Below, one piece after another: positions 1 through 7,313 of a stretch of DNA of 16,881 bases. A program made the position numbers and the translations under genes. The stretch's first letter is position 1. Every line of letters starts with the position of its first letter. The notes beneath the pieces are model-generated. The model saw only the letters and a program-made list of their open reading frames with translations, did not search any database and had not been told where the DNA came from. The stretch spans positions 1 through 16,881 of the forward strand of contig CAVRAI010000002.1 in the NCBI GenBank assembly GCA_963718915.1, read 5' to 3'. This DNA comes from an uncultured Chloroflexia bacterium. GTDB taxonomy: Bacteria > Chloroflexota > Ktedonobacteria > Ktedonobacterales > JADMIN01.

Positions 1-9
1 ACCTCTCCC

Positions 10-102
10 GGCCTTCGGCCACCCTCCCCTACGAGGGGAGGGACTAGGCGACCATTCAGGCAGCAGGCTATGGGTGCGGCCCCTCTCCGCGTCGGAGAGG
101 GG
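10..102. repeat. Cluster of GC-rich perfect stem-loops (REP-like intergenic hairpins)
   Basis: Three stem-loops: ggcc-ttc-ggcc (10-20); ccctcccct-acg-aggggaggg (22-42, 9-bp stem); cccctctcc-gcgtc-ggagagggg (80-102, 9-bp stem). No ORF of plausible composition lies here. The cluster sits upstream of the GNAT gene. Similar G/C-tract hairpins recur at 7577-7620. Confidence 0.5.
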
Positions 103-182
103 GTTGGGGGTGAGGTCTGCACCCCGTAGAGTAGGAGCAGGCACATGATGCGGTGTAGTGGCCTAGAGGCTGAGGAGATGGT

Positions 183-659
183 ATGCGGATTGATGAACTG
201 ACGACCGAGGCGGAGTGGCGCGAGGCGTTTCCGGTGATGCGCGAGTTGCGCACCCATCTCGACGAGGCGACGTTCCTCGACCTGATGCGCGTCATCACAC
301 CGCAGGGCTACCGGCTGCTGGCGGCACGCGACGACGACGGGACCATCCGCGCGCTGGCGGGTATCGGCGAGCAGACAAACCTCTACTACGGCCATCACAT
401 CTGGGTCTACGAGCTGGTGACGACGGCCAGCAAGCGCTCGCGCGGCTACGGTAAGGCGCTGATGGACCAGGTGGATGCGATGGCGCGCGACCTCGGCTGC
501 GACACCGTCGCGCTGGCCTCCGGGCTGCAACGCGCCGACGCTCACCGCTTCTACGAGAACAAGGTGGGGATGATGCGCTCGGCCTACACCTTCCAGAAGG
601 CGATCCGCCCCTCGATCTTCACCTGGCCGCCCGCCCCGCCAGCCACATCGACGGAATGA
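183..659 (+). CDS. GNAT family N-acetyltransferase (158 aa)
   Basis: ATG at 183 follows GAGGAG (172-177) with a 5-nt spacer. The acetyl-CoA binding motif A is present (KRSRGYGKALMD, i.e. R-x-x-G-x-G/A). Size and the beta-alpha pattern (IWVYELVT..., HRFYEN) are typical of GNAT enzymes. Confidence 0.85.
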   Translation: MRIDELTTEAEWREAFPVMRELRTHLDEATFLDLMRVITPQGYRLLAARDDDGTIRALAGIGEQTNLYYGHHIWVYELVTTASKRSRGYGKALMDQVDAMARDLGCDTVALASGLQRADAHRFYENKVGMMRSAYTFQKAIRPSIFTWPPAPPATSTE

Positions 660-686
660 TAGCGCGCCACCAACGCCCATAACAGC

Positions 687-2024
687 TTGCCGGAGTGTGT
701 TACGCTGTTTCCAGAACACCTGGAGGACTTGCGCATCGTGTCATCCCTCGATAGCAACACCCGGCAGGCGACGCTCCCGCCCGACGAGCTAGCAGCCCTG
801 CCGCCAGCTGACGCCCGCGCCAATCTGATCACCATCAGCGCGGCCCATGCCGTCCTCCATGGCATCAGCATCCTGATGCCGCTCATCTTCCCGATTCTGC
901 ACGACCAGTATGGCTTCACCTATACGCAGATTGGCCTCATCGGCACCGTCTCGGGGCTGGCGGGCGGGCTGCTCCAGTTGGTCTTTGGCTACCTCAGCCA
1001 CAGCGTCCCGCGCAAGGCGCTGATTGGTGTGGGCAACCTTGTCGTCGCGGTCGCAACCTTTATGACCGCAACCGCCGTCACGTTTCTGCCGTGGCTGGGC
1101 TGGTCGGCGCTGCGCGGCATTGGCGGCGCGCCACAACATCCGGCGGGCAACTCAATCCTCGCCGATAGCTACGGCGCGCGCAGGCGTGGATTCGCGATTG
1201 CCGGGCACGTGGCGGGCGGCAACGTCGGCACGCTGCTGGTACCATTCATCGGCGCGGCGCTCATCAAATCGTTCGGCTGGCAGCCCGCGCTAATGATCTT
1301 CGCCCTGCCTGGACTGGCCGCCGGATCCGCCGTGCTGTTGCTGACGCGCGAGCCACCCCGGCCCGAAGTGAAGCCCACTGTGAAGTCCACTGCCGCGTCG
1401 AGCGCCCGTCCCCTCAGCGCGCGTATCGCTACACTCTTCGCGCCGCTCCGCCACCGTGGTGTCGTCCTGGTCATCATCGCCTCGCTGGTCGCCGCGGGCG
1501 GACGCGGGCTGGGCATCCTAACCAAGTATCTGCCGCTCTACCTGCTGGGGCCGATCAAGCTGCCGCAGACCACTGTGACGGTTCTCTATACGCTGCTGCT
1601 GGCTGGTAGTATCGTGGGACCGCTGGTGGCCGGGCGCATCTCGGATCGGGCCGGGCGGCGGCCGTTGCTGCTGGTCAGCTATGGGCTGGCGACGGTCTTC
1701 ACACTGCTGGTTCCGGTGGTCTTCGGCGGTGGCGCGCCGCTGATTATCATGGTGATCGCGATCACGGCGCTGGGGCTGGTCGTCTACTGCGAGAGTCCGC
1801 TGCTCCAGACATATCTGGTGGACAACTCCGCGCCGGATCAGCGCGACGTCGCGATGGGCTGGTACTTCACGCTCGCCTTTGGCATCGGCTCACTCTGGGA
1901 TGTCATCCTCGGCAGTGTGATAGACCGCACCGGCAGCTTCATCCCGGCGTTCCTGCTGATGGCCGTCTCGTACATGGCCGCCGCCACGGTCCTGCTCTTC
2001 ATGCCTCGCGATCAGCGGTCATAG
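687..2024 (+). CDS. MFS transporter (about 12 TM)
   Basis: Long hydrophobic ORF carrying the MFS loop motif GRISDRAGRRPLLL (G-x-x-x-D-R-x-G-R-R). The start is uncertain. TTG at 687 is the longest option. An in-frame GTG at 738 lies 10 nt after GGAGGA (722-727) and is an alternative. Confidence 0.85.
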   Translation: MPECVTLFPEHLEDLRIVSSLDSNTRQATLPPDELAALPPADARANLITISAAHAVLHGISILMPLIFPILHDQYGFTYTQIGLIGTVSGLAGGLLQLVFGYLSHSVPRKALIGVGNLVVAVATFMTATAVTFLPWLGWSALRGIGGAPQHPAGNSILADSYGARRRGFAIAGHVAGGNVGTLLVPFIGAALIKSFGWQPALMIFALPGLAAGSAVLLLTREPPRPEVKPTVKSTAASSARPLSARIATLFAPLRHRGVVLVIIASLVAAGGRGLGILTKYLPLYLLGPIKLPQTTVTVLYTLLLAGSIVGPLVAGRISDRAGRRPLLLVSYGLATVFTLLVPVVFGGGAPLIIMVIAITALGLVVYCESPLLQTYLVDNSAPDQRDVAMGWYFTLAFGIGSLWDVILGSVIDRTGSFIPAFLLMAVSYMAAATVLLFMPRDQRS

Positions 2025-2059
2025 TCAACCGAATGCCGACCGGTCATCGCAATCTGTTG

Positions 2060-2089
2060 CTTGACAGCAATCGAACACTTCATCTATAC
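2060..2089 (+). promoter_or_regulatory. Sigma-70-like promoter candidate for the Ig-like protein gene
   Basis: TTGACA (2060-2065), an 18-nt spacer, then TATACT (2084-2089), in a lower-GC intergenic stretch. This implies a leader of about 120 nt before the TTG start at 2217. Confidence 0.4.
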
Positions 2090-2216
2090 TTGCCGCACTT
2101 TTGGCCATGGAGGCAGCACCTGTGGACTTGCAAGACGCCAAGGTCAATGCGCTTGCCTTCTTTGACTATGCCCTTGAGCACGAAGATACCCGTGATTCAG
2201 GCATGGAGGTTTTATC

Positions 2217-3659
2217 TTGATATTCCCACGGATAACTCGCATCAGCCGTGTTCTCATAATCACCGCTGCCCTCGTGGGCAGTCTCCTTCTGGCGCCGATT
2301 TCCGTGGAGGCCCACCCATCCAACACCGCTGGCTGGTCGCTCACACTCGCGTTAGCCAACGGACCATCATTCACTTACAGGGCGAGCGCCGTGCCGACTT
2401 TCACAGGCATCTTGACCGTGCCATCCGGCGCCAGCGTTGACAGCGTGGCATTGGCCATTGCAATTACCGGGGGGTCCAGTCTAAACCCCGGTGGACTTCA
2501 CCAAACCAGTTCAACGACGTATTCATACACTACGAGTATGGACTGGAGTCTACTCTCAGCAGGCACGCTCACCGCTACCGCCTACTATAGCACTGACGCC
2601 ACCAGCGCCCCACTAACCTTCACCGTCAAGAAGGACACGACCTCTCTCGAGTGCCAGATTGCCTCTATAGCCGGTCACGTCACAGTACCGAATACCGCGC
2701 TCACGGTCACTGTTGTCCCGCAGGCAACCTATGCGGGCATCGGGCCAGGCGACGGGACATATACGATGGCCTTCCTTGACACGCACGGCGCCACCGTGTC
2801 CACCTTTCCAAACTTAAGCATGGACTCCAACGGCCAGGTTTCGGGCGTCACGGCGCCAGCGCAATACGGGGTCTACAAGGTGACCTGCGCCTATAGTGGG
2901 ACGCAAGACCTCGCTCCCGCGCAAGGAAACACACAAACACTCATCATCAGCCAGGAACAGGCTCTCAGCGGGGCGCAACTCTACACGAACCCGACCACAA
3001 TGCAGAATAACCAGCGGTGGCAGGCGTACGTTGTCCTCAACGGGCAAGCAGGCGGACCGACTCCGACAGGCTCCATTGGTATCGACATACCCGGTTGCAA
3101 GGTATACTCATTCCCTGTGGGACCAAACGGCGAGACACTGGCGCAACTTCCCCCGATTACTGGTTGCCCCCCATACGCAGGAATCTACGTCTCGTACTCA
3201 GGGGATCCCTACTATAAGGACAAGGTCTTTACCTTCCCATTGACCAATCCCGCTATCCCTGCGTCCGTGCTCGGTAGCGCCTCAGGTAGCACTCCTACAA
3301 GTTCTGGACAGGGACAGATAACCCCGACGTCAGATTCGCAAGGTTCGTTGGTAACGGCGACCGCAACCCCAGCATCTCTGGGGAACTCCGGATCAGTGGA
3401 CGCATTCACGACCACTCAGTCTTCAGGCGGCAACTCTATACTCTGGTTACTGATCGTGGTCCTGGTCATAGTATTACTTGGTGGAGGTGTGGGCGTATTC
3501 TTCCTGGTATCGCGACGCGCCAAACTAACCGCGCATGGGACCAACCGTACGTCAACCCCAGCATCGATGCAACCACGCTGGCCGCAGCACAGAAATGGCC
3601 GCAATCTCACTGACGCCGATATGCCACACGACAATGGCTGGCCACCATATAACCAGTAA
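2217..3659 (+). CDS. Exported, C-terminally membrane-anchored Ig-like domain repeat protein (480 aa)
   Basis: GGAGG (2205-2209) is followed by a 7-nt spacer and TTG at 2217. The N-terminal signal peptide is RISRVLIITAALVGSLLLAPISVEA/HP. Three segments end in Ig-like (Big_3-type) strand signatures: LTATAYYSTDATSAPLTFTVKK, YKVTCAYSGTQDLAPAQGNTQTLIIS and IYVSYSGDPYYKDKVFTFPL. An S/T/G-rich stalk follows, then a TM helix (ILWLLIVVLVIVLLGGGVGVFFLV), a RRAK stop-transfer and a short cytoplasmic tail. Confidence 0.75.
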   Translation: MIFPRITRISRVLIITAALVGSLLLAPISVEAHPSNTAGWSLTLALANGPSFTYRASAVPTFTGILTVPSGASVDSVALAIAITGGSSLNPGGLHQTSSTTYSYTTSMDWSLLSAGTLTATAYYSTDATSAPLTFTVKKDTTSLECQIASIAGHVTVPNTALTVTVVPQATYAGIGPGDGTYTMAFLDTHGATVSTFPNLSMDSNGQVSGVTAPAQYGVYKVTCAYSGTQDLAPAQGNTQTLIISQEQALSGAQLYTNPTTMQNNQRWQAYVVLNGQAGGPTPTGSIGIDIPGCKVYSFPVGPNGETLAQLPPITGCPPYAGIYVSYSGDPYYKDKVFTFPLTNPAIPASVLGSASGSTPTSSGQGQITPTSDSQGSLVTATATPASLGNSGSVDAFTTTQSSGGNSILWLLIVVLVIVLLGGGVGVFFLVSRRAKLTAHGTNRTSTPASMQPRWPQHRNGRNLTDADMPHDNGWPPYNQ

Positions 3660-3755
3660 TACCAGAATACGAGTGGTGAGCGCCGTTACCTGGCGCGACC
3701 AGTTGCGCACGCTGCCTGATGTCACAGCGACGGATACCGGCTATCATCCCGCCTG

Positions 3756-4526
3756 CTAAGTGGTGGCTTGCGCCGCCAGGTGCGCGCGGGCAATGATGAC
3801 ACGCTCGGGGTAGTCGCTGAAGAGACCATCCACGCCCCAGGCGATCAGCTTGCGGATGGTGGCGGGGCGGTTGGCCGTCCAGACGTTGACGCGCAACCCC
3901 TGCGCATGCGCCCGCGTCACCAGGTCGGCGGTGGTGAGACCGACGCCGGGGTGGATCGCCTCCGCGCCCATTGCCAGCGCCGGGGCAAGCATATCCTGCC
4001 TCTGCCACTCGCGCCCGCTATACAGCGTCGCCACGCGCAGCCACGGAAGCCGCTCCTTCAAGAGCGCCACGGCGGGATGCTCGAATGAGGAGACCAGCAG
4101 CCGCGCGCGAAACGGCTCATCCAGCGCGCGCAGCACCGGCTCGACCGCCTCTGCGGTGCCGACGGACTCCTCGACTGACTCGCCCTTGATCTCCAGGTTC
4201 AGCGCGCCATCGCGCCGCCGTACCAGGTCGAGCGTCTCGGCCAGCGTTGGGATGCGCTGCGGGATGCGCCAGACGCGCCCGGCATCGAGCGCGCGCAGGT
4301 CGGCGAAGGGGAGGGCGGCGACGGCCCCGACGCCGTTGGTCGTCCGGTTGACCGTGCCGTCATGGATGATGACCAGCTCGCCATCTCGGCTGCGCTGCAC
4401 GTCGCATTCGATGGCCTCCGCGCCGAGATCGAAGGCGAGATCGAAGGCGAGCAGGGTGTTTTCAGGCGCGTGTCCGCGCGCGCCGCGATGGGCATAGCAA
4501 ATCACGTCTCGCCGCTGTTGTCGCAT
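3756..4526 (-). CDS. Glycerophosphodiester phosphodiesterase (GDPD family, UgpQ/GlpQ-like, 256 aa)
   Basis: Canonical GDPD N-terminal catalytic signature: ICYAHRGARGHAPENTLLAF...GAEAIECDVQRSRDGELVIIHDGTVNRTTNG (H-R-G, E-N-T, E-x-D, H-D). Also NLEIK and a C-terminal VDGLFSDYP. Confidence 0.9.
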   Translation of the reverse strand: MRQQRRDVICYAHRGARGHAPENTLLAFDLAFDLGAEAIECDVQRSRDGELVIIHDGTVNRTTNGVGAVAALPFADLRALDAGRVWRIPQRIPTLAETLDLVRRRDGALNLEIKGESVEESVGTAEAVEPVLRALDEPFRARLLVSSFEHPAVALLKERLPWLRVATLYSGREWQRQDMLAPALAMGAEAIHPGVGLTTADLVTRAHAQGLRVNVWTANRPATIRKLIAWGVDGLFSDYPERVIIARAHLAAQATT

Positions 4527-4566
4527 ATAGAGCTATCCCCGCACGTAGTCGGTTGGGCAGGCTGTT

Positions 4567-4751
4567 CGCAGCATGATGTCGTTTTAGCATTTGCGACGGA
4601 CACGGGCATTGCGGTGGGGCAAGCAGACCGTAGTGTGAACGCTACGGCGAATTTCCCGCCGCTGCGGCCCATTTGCTGGCAGGCTCCGGCACGTCCACAC
4701 ACCCATCCCAGCACGCTGTACGGGGTTTTTCTAAAACTACATCATGTCGCG
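4567..4751. mobile_element. Small non-autonomous element A (~185 bp) bounded by terminal inverted repeats; the core is a two-hairpin module
   Basis: Left end, read inward: cgcagcatgatgtcgttttagcatttgcgacggacacggg. Right end, read inward as reverse complement: cgcgacatgatgtagttttagaaaaaccccgtacagcgtg. The core contains hairpin ccgtagtg-tgaa-cgctacgg (4628-4647) and the gcgaat...atttgc stem (4647-4652 / 4671-4676). There is no coding capacity. Boundaries are good to about 10 bp. Confidence 0.55.
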
Positions 4752-5016
4752 TCGATTTTTCCGCCCCATTCGTGGAGGGGCGCGGGCGGTTCAAACCGCG
4801 TCTGAAGGGCCTGCGGCCACCAAGTCCGCCGTCGCGGACTCCCAGACCATGTCCCAACGCGCTCCCCGTTGGCGAAGGGGTCTGGGCAACCCGCGCAGGC
4901 GAGTTCCGTGGCGGAGCAGGCGCAGCAGGCGCAGCAGGCGAGGCCCTTCAGGCGCGACTTCAGTCGCCAGCCTCCTGGCGTGCCCCTCCTATTTTGTAAA
5001 ACTGCATCAGGCCACG
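4752..5016. mobile_element. Element B (~265 bp): inverted pair of a ~75-nt double-hairpin unit with one family-type end (right) and no recognisable left end
   Basis: Right end, read inward: cgtggcctgatgcagttttacaaaataggaggggcacgcc. This matches the ends of elements A and C. The left unit has hairpins gcggtt-ca-aaccgc (4786-4799) and gtccgc-cgtc-gcggac (4824-4839). The inverted right unit has acccgc-gcag-gcgagt (4889-4904) and gcgact-tc-agtcgc (4954-4967). The apex is caacg-cgctccc-cgttg (4855-4871). The left side abuts the right end of element A. Confidence 0.55.
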
Positions 5017-5306
5017 GCGCGCTGCCCCAACGCCAATAACCCAGCCGAATCTCGTATCGCCTGTCATCACATTCCGCCTCTGTGCGCCCATGGTAGCACA
5101 CGGGGACGCATGTGCCTATACGAGTATGGCTGACCGTGGTTGGAGGCGTGCCAGTTCCCAAGTGGCTCATGGATCTCGCAAGAAGCTCATCCTGGAGATA
5201 TGAGCCTCTTGGCAATTGCATGAGCTACCTGGGCGCGCAGTGGTCAAGAGCGGACAACCAGCGCCATCTGCCGCTACGTGATCTGGGGCTACATCCGACG
5301 AGCCGT

Positions 5307-5741
5307 TTAAGCCACGTGATGCACGTGCGGCTGACCGCTCACGCCAGGCTGATGCGCCTTCGACCACTGCAGCAATCCCGCCAGCCCGATCATCACCAGC
5401 CCCACGACGAAATAGGCTGCCTGCACCCAGACATCCAGGCCAACCAGCGCGATCTCCACCGTCATCCAGCCCACCATGACGCAGCCCGCAGCCGCCGACG
5501 CCAGCGCCGCGAACCGCCGCAGCCCAAACAGCGCAATCGTGGCGGCCACCAGCGCGCTGCCACCGACGACGATGCCCAGCAGCAGCGCGGGGACGGTGAA
5601 GTCCGCGAACGGCGTTCCCTGCAACTCGCTGAGCGGGATATCCATAAACCCGACGAGCAGCCCCACCGCGCCGACAATAGCGCTCACCGCCGCAAACAGG
5701 TCCACGACGACCAGCGCGATCCTTACACTCTTTTCGTCCAT
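5307..5741 (-). CDS. Small integral membrane protein, 4 predicted TM helices (144 aa), function unknown
   Basis: The track ORF 5307..5852 was trimmed to the ATG at 5741-5739. That ATG follows GGGAGGG with a 7-nt spacer on the minus strand (ccgaagggagggtgttaccATG). The discarded N-terminal 37 aa are Arg/Cys/Pro-rich and non-protein-like. The rest is four hydrophobic helices (IALVVVDLFAAVSAIVGAVGLLVGF, etc.). Confidence 0.7.
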   Translation of the reverse strand: MDEKSVRIALVVVDLFAAVSAIVGAVGLLVGFMDIPLSELQGTPFADFTVPALLLGIVVGGSALVAATIALFGLRRFAALASAAAGCVMVGWMTVEIALVGLDVWVQAAYFVVGLVMIGLAGLLQWSKAHQPGVSGQPHVHHVA

Positions 5742-6098
5742 GGTAACACCCTCCCTTCGGCGGGGCGAGCAAGGCAGACTCCCGCCCGCGCTCCCCGCAC
5801 GACGGCAGGATAAGCCAGGGCAGTCACGGAAGAGACACGGCGGCGCGCGCACATCTCACGCTCGACTCACAATCGGCCATGCCCATCGTTGGCATACATC
5901 TGGTTCCCCCTCCTGTGAGGGCCTCACCATGAGATTTTCCTCATGAAGAGACTCCAATCGCGCATCCATCTTTCCTTCATCATCGGCTGCCACACTCTCA
6001 AAGTACACGACTGAACTCGACGCAACGACGCGCCACGCTTCCCCATCAGTCCCCAGGCCGACGCGGGAAGATTGCTGATAGATGAGAAGGAGTTTCCG

Positions 6099-7313
6099 AT
6101 GGCCACGGCTATCTCAGACACCAGGCGCACACAGGCGACGGCGCGGACGATCACCGTGCAGGTCACTGCCATGACGCCCGCCGCGCGCAACGCCGTGACA
6201 TTCACGCTGGCGCTGCCCGGCACGCGAGGGTCGCCCGGCCCCTACCGCGCGGGCCAGTTCATCACGCTCACCATTCCCACCGCCAGTGGCGCGCCGCTCT
6301 ACCGCTCGTACTCACTCTGCGGCGATGGCAGCGCCAATGCGCCCTGGCAGATCACCGTCAAGCGGACGGCTGGCGGCAAAGTCTCGAACTATCTGATCGA
6401 CCGCATCAGGCCCGGCATGGCGCTGCAATCCAGTCAGCCGCAGGGCAGCTTCACGATGACGCCACGGCCCCATCCTGACGTCCCGTTCGTCTTCGTCGCG
6501 GGTGGCAGTGGCATTACACCGGTCTACGCGATGCTGCGCTCCCTCGCCCGCATGTCCCCGTCGGAGCGCCCGCGCGTCACGCTGCACTACGCCTATCACG
6601 GTCCTGAAGACGCCATCTTTGGCCGCGAACTGGCAGCGCTTGATCCGCAGCGGGCATGGCTGACGCAGCGTCACCATATCTCGACCCAGGGGCAACGGCT
6701 TAACCCGGCAAAGATCGTCACCGCGATGGGCGCGGAGGCCGCACAGGCGCAGTGGTACGTCTGCGGCCCCGCCGCGCTCCGCCACGAACTGGAGGCGGCA
6801 GCCGTCCGCCAGGACGTCTCCACCACCCAACTGCACGCCGAGGTCTTCGCCAGCCCATCCGTCCGCCGCGCGGGCGGGTCATCGCTCGTGGGGAAGACGG
6901 CAAAGACGGCGCGCATCCGCCTGGCCGATAGCGGCGCGGTGCTGAGCGCGCAACCCGGCGAGACGCTGCTGGAGACGCTCGAACGTAGCGGCTACCGGCC
7001 CGACTTCAGTTGCCGGGCGGGCGCATGCGCCACCTGTCGGCTGAAGGTGCTCTCCGGCAGGGTCTGCGCTCATGATGAGAATAATGCGTTGACCCCCGAC
7101 GAACGGGCGCGGGGCTACGTGCTCAGCTGCGTCGCGGAGCCAGAGGGTGATCTCACGCTGGCGACGGCGGGCCGTCCGGTTGCGGCGCCACGGGCGGGCT
7201 CCACGGGTGGCGCGCGGCGTCCTACGTGGCGGCACGACTGGCGGCGCGGCGCGGTCTGCGCGCGGGCGTTGCGGCGGCGACGCTTGGCCTCTTCGCCGGG
7301 ATGTGGGGGCTGA
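6099..7313 (+). CDS. FNR-fold FAD/NAD(P)H oxidoreductase with C-terminal plant-type [2Fe-2S] ferredoxin domain (PaaE/Hcr/PDR-like)
   Basis: AAGGAG (6087-6092) is followed by a 6-nt spacer and ATG at 6099. Motifs: FAD R-x-Y-S (LYRSYSL), NAD(P)H G-G-x-G-I-T-P (VAGGSGITPV), CGP (WYVCGPAAL), and 2Fe-2S cysteines C-x4-C-x2-C...C (SCRAGACATCRLKV...YVLSCVAEP). The recognisable domain ends near 7160. The last ~50 codons in this frame (GARRPTWRHDWRRGAVCARALRRRRLASSPGCGG) look non-protein-like, so the true 3' end is uncertain. Confidence 0.85.
   Translation: MATAISDTRRTQATARTITVQVTAMTPAARNAVTFTLALPGTRGSPGPYRAGQFITLTIPTASGAPLYRSYSLCGDGSANAPWQITVKRTAGGKVSNYLIDRIRPGMALQSSQPQGSFTMTPRPHPDVPFVFVAGGSGITPVYAMLRSLARMSPSERPRVTLHYAYHGPEDAIFGRELAALDPQRAWLTQRHHISTQGQRLNPAKIVTAMGAEAAQAQWYVCGPAALRHELEAAAVRQDVSTTQLHAEVFASPSVRRAGGSSLVGKTAKTARIRLADSGAVLSAQPGETLLETLERSGYRPDFSCRAGACATCRLKVLSGRVCAHDENNALTPDERARGYVLSCVAEPEGDLTLATAGRPVAAPRAGSTGGARRPTWRHDWRRGAVCARALRRRRLASSPGCGG

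Noticed and set aside
144-158. catgatgcggtgtag resembles the catgatgtNgttttag terminus of the TIR elements.
   Set aside because: It is a single degenerate copy with no partner end. Its inward direction would run into the GNAT coding sequence. It is probably chance or an eroded solo end.
2424-2435. SGAS in the exported Ig-like protein matches the minimal [ST]GA[ST] ApbE flavinylation motif.
   Set aside because: It is a four-residue match in an S/G/A/T-rich protein and lacks the upstream Asp context. The gene is not in the apbE cluster, and the local ApbE lacks an export signal. The match is chance-level.
4781-4800. gggcggttcaaaccgcg looks superficially like a tRNA T-arm (GGTTCAAAYC), which would suggest a tRNA or a tRNA-derived SINE.
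   Set aside because: The flanks do not form a 5-bp T-stem around a 7-nt loop. No acceptor, D or anticodon arms can be drawn. The sequence is better explained as the 6-bp palindrome gcggtt-ca-aaccgc.
4811-4845. ccaccaagtccgccg was considered as an RNase P-like AAAGUCC (P4) motif or another housekeeping ncRNA.
   Set aside because: It is only a 6-nt resemblance. None of the surrounding conserved RNase P, SRP, tmRNA or 6S features are present, and the segment is part of a repeated unit.
4673-5133. ORFs spanning the repeat elements (4673-4999+, 4744-5133+, 4742-5221-, 9861-10112+, 9828-10010-), which give recurring PRLKGLRP-type peptides.
   Set aside because: The recurring peptides arise from translating the repeated palindromic units on both strands. 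Conservation follows base-pairing rather than codons, and there are no ribosome-binding sites.
5928-5945. The palindrome catgag-attttc-ctcatg in the divergent promoter region between the small membrane protein and the reductase gene was considered as a possible operator.
   Set aside because: The arms are only 6 bp, there is no second copy and no adjacent regulator gene. It is expected by chance in a 350-bp AT-richer spacer.
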